Assembly (NCBI RefSeq): GCF_006345805.1
Contig: NW_021829938.1
Coordinates: 1 to 44,100 of the forward strand
Direction of reading: 5' to 3'
DNA length: 44,100 nt
Source: Octopus sinensis
Lineage: Eukaryota
The notes beneath the pieces were generated by a model. That model did no database searches. It worked only from the letters and a program-made list of their open reading frames with translations, and was not told where the DNA came from. Positions 36,774-44,100 of the stretch are shown here, in pieces (positions within the stretch are counted from its first letter, which is position 1; each line of letters begins with the position of its first letter). The position numbers and the translations under genes are program-made.

Positions 36774-37231
36774 GTATTCATGTAGATATATAATTATGCA
36801 GATATAATTATTATTAAAGGTACTGAGAAACAGAACCAACATGCTAGAAATAGACGTCAAAACCTAAAACCACATTACGTACACCTTTAGCACTGGTAGA
36901 AAGTGAGGGAATAAATAAAAATGAATTAGCAATGTCTTTTTAGAGAGTTCTAGATCGAACGATTTCTGGCTTAACAATGAAAATTACTCTGCCTTCGTCA
37001 GTGGAATATACCGAAATAGTACATAAGTGCAAATATACAAACATACCAAATACGCACATACATAGGCATACATACATATATTCACCCGTATATACGAGGC
37101 CAATCTAGTTATTCCTCATCTCACCATGCTTTTTGATCAAAAAACTTACCGCAGTGAATATGGATTATGTTACATGCAGACCACCGATAAGATCGTTATT
37201 TTAATAATGATTTTATACTTATTTATGAATA

Positions 37232-37264
<33 letters not shown>

Positions 37265-37267
37265 ATA

Positions 37268-39585
37268 TTAAGGTATGTAGAAAAATACAACATGGACAAG
37301 AACGTATAACTCATAGAAGACGATACAATAAACAAGGACAGGACATTCGAACCCCTCAGTCTTCAGTCAAGAACCGGATCATCGTAGTAATTTCGGCTGA
37401 TTAATCTTGAGATTACTAGATCACGGCCAGCCCTCCAAGAAAAACTAAGCTGGAAGCGTAGATTTCCTGGAAGAAGGATCGAATGCATACGAACACCAGG
37501 ACAGTAAAAGGGACAGATATAAAAATAAAAAAAAAAACAAAAAAAACAATAATGGAATACAGAAGCATTAACGGTGAAAACAACAAGTGTCTTACGACTG
37601 ATAACAAGCAAACAAATTTTTTCTCTGGCGCATTGGAAAAAGCCTTTATAGCGGCGGACGAAGAACAACGATGTTAACACTACGAAAGTCAGGAGCTGAA
37701 AGGCAGATTTCGGCCAACAGTCACGTGACAGAGAAGGAAAAGAAAAGAAAGAAGAGAGAGAGAAAAGGGGGACAAACAACAAAGAGAGAGAAGAGAGAGA
37801 AAGAAGGAATCAGAGAGGAGAAGGGATGGGTGTCGAAGAATGACCTGTGAGTGCAGAGCGAGCGAGACAAAGAAATAGGAGGGTAGTGGAAGACTAGACC
37901 AAAGGATCAGAGGAAAGAGAAGATGAATAGAGAGAAAGTAAAAATGAGAGAGAGAGGGAGACAAACAGAGAGTCGTACCAATATTAAGAATATGTGTTCA
38001 CATTAATGATAAAGGGGGTACGGGGCGCCTGGAATATATGTTAAGGTATGTAGAAAAATACAAATGGACAAGAACGTATAACTCATAGAAGACGATACAA
38101 TAAACAAGGACAGGACATTCGAACCCCTCAGTCTTCAGTCAAGAACCGGATCATCGTAGTAATTTCGGCTGATAATCTTGAGATTACTAGATCACGGCCA
38201 GCCCTCCAGAAAAACTAAGCTGGAAGCGTAGATTTCCTGGAAGAAGGATCGAATGCATACGAACACCAGGACAGTAAAAGGGACAGATATAAAAAAAAAA
38301 ACACAAAAACAAAAACAATAATGGAATACAGAAGCATTAACGGTGAAAACAACAAGTGTCTTACGACTGATAACAAGCAACAAATTTTTTTTCTGGCGCA
38401 TTGGAAAAAGCCTTTATAGCGGCGGACGAAGAACAACGATGTTAACACTACGAAAGTCAGGAGCTGAAAGGCAGATTTCGGCCAACAGTCACGTGACAGA
38501 GAGAGGGAAAAGAAAAGAAAGAGAGAGAGAGAAAAGGGGGACAAAACGCAACAAAGAGAGAGAAGAGAGAGAAAGAAGGAATCAGAGAGGAGGAGAGGGA
38601 TGGGTGTCGAAGAATGACCTGTGAGTGCAGAGCGAGACAAGAAATAGGAGGGTAGTGGAAGACTAGACCAAGGATCAGAGGAAAGAGAAGATGAATAGAG
38701 AGAAAGTAAAAATGAGAGAGAGAGGGAGACAAACAGAGAGTCGTACCAATATTAAGATATGTGTTCACATTAATGATAAAGGGGGTACGGGGCGCCTGGA
38801 ATATATGTTAAGGTATGTAGAAAAATACAACATGGACAAGAACGTATAACTCATAGAAGACGATACAATAAACAACAGGACAGGACATTCGAACCCCTCA
38901 GTCTTCAGTCAAGAACCGGATCATCGTAGTAATTTCGGCTGATTAATCTTGAGATTACTAGATCACGGCCAGCCCTCCAAGAAAAACTAAGCTGGAAGCG
39001 TAGATTTCCTGGAAGAAGGATCGAATGCATACGAACACCAGGACAGTAAAAGGGACAGATATAAAAAAAAACAAAAAAAAACAAAAAACAATAATGGAAT
39101 ACAGAAGCATTAACGGTGAAAACAACAAGTGTCTTACGACTGATAACAAGCAAACAAATTTTTTCTCTGGCGCATTGGAAAAAGCCTTTATAGCGGCGGA
39201 CGAAGAACAACGATGTTAACACTACGAAAGTCAGGAGCTGAAAGGCAGATTTCGGCCAACAGTCACGTGACAGAGAAGAGGGAAAAGAAAAGAAAGAGAG
39301 AGAGAGAAAAGGGGGACAAAACGCAACAAAGAGAGAGAAGAGAGAGAAAGAAGGAATCAGAGAGGAGAAGGGATGGGTGTCGAAGAATGACCTGTGAGTG
39401 CAGAGCGAGACAAAGAAATAGGAGGGTAGTGGAAGACTAGACCAAAGGATCAGAGGAAAGAGAAGATGAATAGAGAGAAAGTAAAAATGAGAGAGAGAGG
39501 GAGACAAACAGAGAGTCGTACCAATTATTAAGAATATGTGTTCACATTAATGATAAAGGGGGTACGGGGCGCCTGGAATATATGT

Positions 39586-39588
<3 letters not shown>
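37268..39588 (-). mobile_element. Three head-to-tail ~770-bp family A units (retrozyme-like), each with a permuted HHR-like motif
   Basis: Units start at 37268, 38041 and 38808 (773/767/777 bp); motifs at 37360-37418, 38132-38189 and 38902-38960; (TA)n on both flanks. Confidence 0.9.
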
Positions 39589-39647
<59 letters not shown>

Positions 39648-39793
39648 CAAAGCAATTAAGATTCAAGTAAATTCCAATGAATTTACTTGAATGTGGTACT
39701 TAACTTAGATGCACCAGAAAAACTATATGGTGTTAACCATACAGTAATGTGGGGTGATTAAAAACGAGAAAGAAGCAACAAGAATGGATTAGT

Positions 39794-39884
39794 TTTTAGT
39801 ACAATTGTTTCATACAAAGACAGGCTTTATTACAAGTTGCAAAAATTGCAGCAGATAAAAGTGTCCCGTACTCATCAGCTAAAA
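39794..39884 (-). ncRNA. Type I hammerhead ribozyme (inverted copy)
   Basis: Reverse complement of 42107-42197. Confidence 0.8.
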
Positions 39885-40949
39885 TACATTTGAGTTCTCT
39901 AGACATCTTAGTGGGTGAGGTTATACTCATGAAATATTGGAGATAGTTCCATTAGAGGCAGATATAGGTTGTAACAGTTTTCCAAAGTTCCTTAATGATG
40001 ATGCACAGTCTTATCACAGATTTTTAAAAACTTATTAGTTTCGAAGAGAAGATGAATCAATCCATAGTGTAGATTTAAATTTCCAGAGATATGAGGAGGA
40101 TGATGCACAGACTTATCACGGTTTTTAAAGACTTATTAGCTTCACAGAAAAGGTGAATTAATCCATAGTGAAGATTTACATTTCCAGTGGTAAGATGAGG
40201 AATTTCATACTCACAGACGATGTATTTAACCATTATTAATCCACAATCATTTCATGCTATATGATAAGGTAATCTGCCATGTTATTGCTCTCCGTGCAAA
40301 ACTGCTATGTTGAGATTTCTAAAGGCTGAAGGAATTTATTTGTGGGGCAAAGAAAATAAAATAAAATAAAAGAAAAAGGAAAGAGACAAGGAAAAAAGAA
40401 AAAGAAAAGGGAGAAGAAGAAGAAAGAAGGAAAAGAAAAGGAAAAGAAAAAGAAAAAAGAAAGAGAAACGGGGGAGAAGGATAGAAAAGAAAAAGAAAGA
40501 GAAAAAGAAAAAAAGAAAAAGGAAAAGAAAAAAAGAAAAAGTGGAATAGGGAGAAAAGAAAAGGCGCCTATATAGAGTATACTGTGACAACTTAGCGGGA
40601 GGGGATTTTTAAAGTGACCAAATACAGAAGAATTTGTAGATAATTTAGTTAGCTTGAGTCTTTAAGAATTCAGGAACTATGAGGAAAAAATTATTTTTTT
40701 GACCAGTACACAGCTATTTACTATCAACCTGACACGGATGAAAGCAGATATGAATCTAAAGAGAATTTAAAGAGATAAACAAGGTCAGGGGTAGAGGGGT
40801 CAAAAGCTATCGTCAATAAGAGAAAGGATCTAAGTGCAACCTTAACCAGAGGTCATTTAAATTATTTATTTATTTATTCATGTTACTGTCTTAAAAATTG
40901 TAGCCGTTACTATCAATACATTAACGGACTACCGGTCGAAAGCTAGAAT

Positions 40950-41090
40950 TTAATTAACAAGGGTCTTCAATTTAGCGTGGACACAAACTTGTCCTACTTC
41001 AATATGGTTATTTAACAAGTTTCTATTTTTTCTATGCCTTAGAATTTCATAGGTCTCCATTGAGCAGAGTTGGCAACCAACCCTGCTATT
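40950..41090 (-). pseudogene. Penelope-like GIY-YIG endonuclease extreme C-terminus
   Basis: NSRVGCQLCSMETYEILRHRKNRNLLNNHIEVGQVCVHAKLKTLVN*, matching the PLE CxLC..E..LLN..E..C.H pattern. Confidence 0.75.
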
Positions 41091-41099
41091 TTGGGATTA

Positions 41100-41264
41100 C
41101 GTCATAAAGCTGGTACCACCACACTTTCAAGTAAAATCTGGGAACTCAAAAATAATAACAAGAATTATAATCTTAATTGGGAAATAGTTAGGAGAGCAAT
41201 ACCGTATAAAAATAGCAGGGTTGGTTGCCAACTCTGCTCAATGGAGACCTATGAAATTCTAAGG
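41100..41264 (+). pseudogene. Penelope-like GIY-YIG endonuclease fragment
   Basis: TTLSSKIWELKNNNKNYNLNWEIVRRAIPYKNSRVGCQLCSMETYEILR. Confidence 0.8.
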
Positions 41265-42106
41265 TTGATAGTAAATAGCTGTGTACTGGTCAAAAAAATA
41301 ATTTTTTCCTCATAGTTCCTGAATTCTTAAAGACTCAAGCTAACTAAATTATCTACAAATTCTTCTGTATTTGGTCACTTTAAAAATCCCCTCCCGCTAA
41401 GTTGTCACAGTATACTCTATATAGGCGCCTTTTCTTTTCTCCCTATTCCACTTTTTCTTTTTTCTTTTCCTTTTTCTTTTTTCTTTTTCTCTTTCTTTTC
41501 TTTTCTATCCTTCTCCCCCGTTTCTCTTCTTTTTTCTTTTTCTTTTCCTTTTTCTTTTCCTTCTTTCTTCTTCTTCTCCCTTTTCTTTTTCTTTGTTCCT
41601 TGTCTCTTTCCTTTTTCTTTTATTTTATTTTATTTTCTTTGCCCCACAAATAAATTCCTTCAGCCTTTAGAAATCTCAACATAGCAGTTTTGCACGGAGA
41701 GCAATAACATGGCAGATTACCTTATCATATAGCATGAAATGATTGTGGATTAATAATGGTTAAATACATCGTCTGTGAGTATGAAATTCCTCATCTTACC
41801 ACTGGAAATGTAAATCTTCACTATGGATTAATTCACCTTTTCTGTGAAGCTAATAAGTCTTTAAAAACCCGTGATAAGTCTGTGCATCATCCTCCTCATA
41901 TCTCTGGAAATTTAAATCTACACTATGGATTGATTCATCTTCTCTTCGAAACTAATAAGTTTTTAAAAATCTGTGATAAGACTGTGCATCATCATTAAGG
42001 AACTTTGGAAAACTGTTTACAACCTATATCTGCCTCTAATGGAACTATCTCCAATATTTCATGAGTATAACCTCACCCACTAAGATGTCTAGAGAACTCA
42101 AATGTA

Positions 42107-42197
42107 TTTTAGCTGATGAGTACGGGACACTTTTATCTGCTGCAATTTTTGCAACTTGTAATAAAGCCTGTCTTTGTATGAAACAATTGTACTAAAA
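42107..42197 (+). ncRNA. Type I hammerhead ribozyme with palindromic stem III
   Basis: TTTTAG-CTGATGA-GTAC..long stem II..GTAT-GAAA-CAATTG-T-A-CTAAAA; stem I 6 bp; predicted cleavage after 42191. Confidence 0.8.
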
Positions 42198-42264
42198 ACT
42201 AATCCATTCTTGTTGCTTCTTTCTCGTATATATATATATATATGTATAGTCGCAAAAGAATTAT

Positions 42265-42436
42265 TGATAATTCTTTTGCGACTAGAAATCTTGTCTACAT
42301 TGTTGAATTTACAATCGGACTGAGCAGAATCGATGTAGAAAGTTTTCTCTGTATAACCTGCTTTGATTGAGGCAGAGTTGTGGAATTCAGCGTTATTATT
42401 GAAAAGATCAACATTAGCAGATAATTTAGATAACAT
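42265..42436 (-). pseudogene. Second Penelope-like element, RT thumb/linker fragment
   Basis: LSKLSANVDLFNNNAEFHNSASIKAGY...SRKRII, resembling the PLE RLS.LS....F...A..Y..AL..SGY...R.R.I pattern. Confidence 0.65.
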
Positions 42437-42450
42437 CGTTAGAGTTATCT

Positions 42451-42711
42451 AAAAGAATTTCTATCCATTACTCAACATTTAGGGATAGAAATAAACGGAA
42501 TAGTACCGGTCTCAGCAAACTGATTTGGGATTTAAAAGACCACAATGAACAATTTCATTTAGAATGGTTGATCCTCTCAATTTCGATACCATATGACAAA
42601 GGCAAGAAATTCTGTCTTCTCTGCAATTCTGAGCTATTTTTCATTATTTTTTCTAAAAAATACTCTAGTAAACACGGTTATAGAGCGAGCATTGGCAAAA
42701 CATACGTTTAG
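42451..42711 (+). pseudogene. Second Penelope-like element, GIY-YIG C-terminal fragment
   Basis: KRISIHYSTFRDRNKRNSTGLSKLIWDLKDHNEQFHLEWLILSISIPYDKGKKFCLLCNSELFFI. Confidence 0.8.
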
Positions 42712-43099
42712 TGCATATAAGTAGTCTCTATCATTATATATAATTTAAACTTTAATTTCCTTTATATTTAACATTCACTATTAATATCCCTACTCTTTCT
42801 GTTAGCTACCTATGACGTTATATCATATAACGTTTTTTTAAACAATATTAATAGCGTTCTGTCAATCGCTATACAAATCCATCATTTTTTGCTAAAATGT
42901 CGTATTGACGAGTTTCGTTTTTTTCACTTTCCTGGGGAGAAGATTGCATTGTTTACACCATTTATTCTTTTGAATAGTATCAGTGGAATTTTCGAAACAT
43001 GTGTCGAAAATATTTGATTACACCTGCGTTAAACTCCATTTATTTATTCATATATTATTCAAAATATTCAACGTAAACACGAAGTTTCGGTTAATATAG

Positions 43100-43770
43100 G
43101 GCGTGACAAATATCGGAAAATCAAAAAAAAAATGTGTGTAATAGGTGTAAAACAACTTCCTATGAACGAATATGAAAAAAAAAATTCGCGCACGCGAAAG
43201 GGGGGTGGGGGAGAGGCCTCGGAAAATTCACATCGGGAAGTTCCGAAAGCGTCTGAGGGGCTGACCCGGGCACCAAAACAAAAAAAAATTGTGTAATATG
43301 TGTAAAACAACTTGCTCTAAACGAATATGAAAAAAAAAATTCGCTCTCGAGAAGAGGGGTGGGGGAGAGGCCTCGGAAAATTTATGTCGGGAATTTCCGA
43401 AAGCGTCTGAACCGGGCACAAAAACAAAAACAAAAACAGCGTAATAGGTGTAAAAAAATTGCTCTAAACGACTATCATGAAAAAAATGCGCGCTCGCGAA
43501 AGGGGGGTGGGGGAGAGGCTTCGGAAATTCACAATGAATCATAAACTCCGTATTTTTGTACATATTTCGCAAAAAAAAAAAAATAATAAAGAGAAGAAAT
43601 TCTGAAATAGTGTAATATGTGTAAAACAACTTGCTCTAAACGAATATGAAAAAAAAATGCGCTCTCGAGAAAGAGGGGTGGGGGAGAGGCTTCGGAAATT
43701 CATACATGAATCATAAACTCCGTATTTTTGTACATATTTCGCAAAAAAAAAAAAATAAAGAGAAGAATTC
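43100..43770. repeat. ~150-170-bp tandem repeat, four units, with GGGGTGGGGGAGAGGC core
   Basis: Units begin near 43138, 43292, 43441 and 43612. Confidence 0.85.
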
Positions 43771-43945
43771 TGGAAAAAGTGAAGAAATGTTGGATCTCTG
43801 CCATGTGAATCAAAATACGTGTCAGAAATCTTGAAATACTAATACAGAAATTATGTTACGAAAATGATAATGTATACATACCTCTTTGAGTGGTCCATCG
43901 ACAGTGTTGATAAAGAAATGAGATGGTTTCGTTTGGAGGAAAAAA

Positions 43946-44098
43946 TTATCCGGCCCAGGATAAAGACTTGCTGTCTGCCAATAAGAATACGTGTATTCTC
44001 TTGGCAGCAGGTCTAGATGCTGTCCAAAAAAGGAACTTCGCCATGTATTGTTTTAGGTAACAGGCACGAATGCCTGGGCGAACAACCGATTTCTTCAC
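43946..44098 (-). pseudogene. Probable Merlin/IS1595 (ISXO2-type) transposase C-terminus, running off the window edge
   Basis: VKKSVVRPGIRACYLKQYMAKFLFW...HVFLLAD then, in a shifted frame, ASLYPGP; resembles the Merlin VK..R.G..L..YL.EFLW...F...DI..LYP pattern (recalled, not searched). Confidence 0.5.
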
Positions 44099-44100
44099 TG

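Larger units (their letters stand above)
39765..42226. mobile_element. Penelope-like element in an inverted (fold-back) duplication
   Basis: 39765-40730 is the reverse complement of 41265-42226; inner IR 41037-41092 / 41209-41264; GIY-YIG C-terminus at the centre; HHR in each arm. Confidence 0.85.

Noticed and set aside
37268-39588. CRISPR-like or satellite interpretation of the tandem repeats
   Set aside because: No repeat-spacer structure; eukaryotic context; a dispersed copy with terminal redundancy indicates a mobile element

Overview
AT-rich, microsatellite-saturated animal genomic DNA. The SINE, MITE and Helitron families and the (TA)n/(TACA)n/(TAA)n load suggest a coleoid cephalopod such as Octopus (inference from pattern recognition, no search run). 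The only host coding exon I can support is the first coding exon of an N-acylated globin (globin X-like) on the minus strand at 30390-30598. The rest is a mobile-element mosaic: tRNA-derived SINEs, TIR MITEs, tandem Helitrons, Dong/R4-like LINE ends in (TAA)n, a solo LTR, Penelope-like (GIY-YIG) fragments in inverted arrangements, and a probable Merlin transposase end. The most striking signal is a high density of hammerhead-ribozyme (HHR) motifs. These are (i) a type I HHR with palindromic stem III in both arms of a Penelope-like inverted duplication, (ii) a family of minimal HHRs, and (iii) at least three sequence-unrelated repeat families with all HHR core segments in a non-circularly permuted order (cleavage strand, then GAAA strand, then CUGANGA strand) and fully compensatory stems I and III. 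One family in class (iii) is a ~770-bp retrozyme-like unit present as a head-to-tail trimer and as a 1.07-mer. Stem II of the permuted motif is unresolved, and no ribozyme activity can be shown from sequence alone. Nearly all ORFs in the supplied track are microsatellite artefacts.
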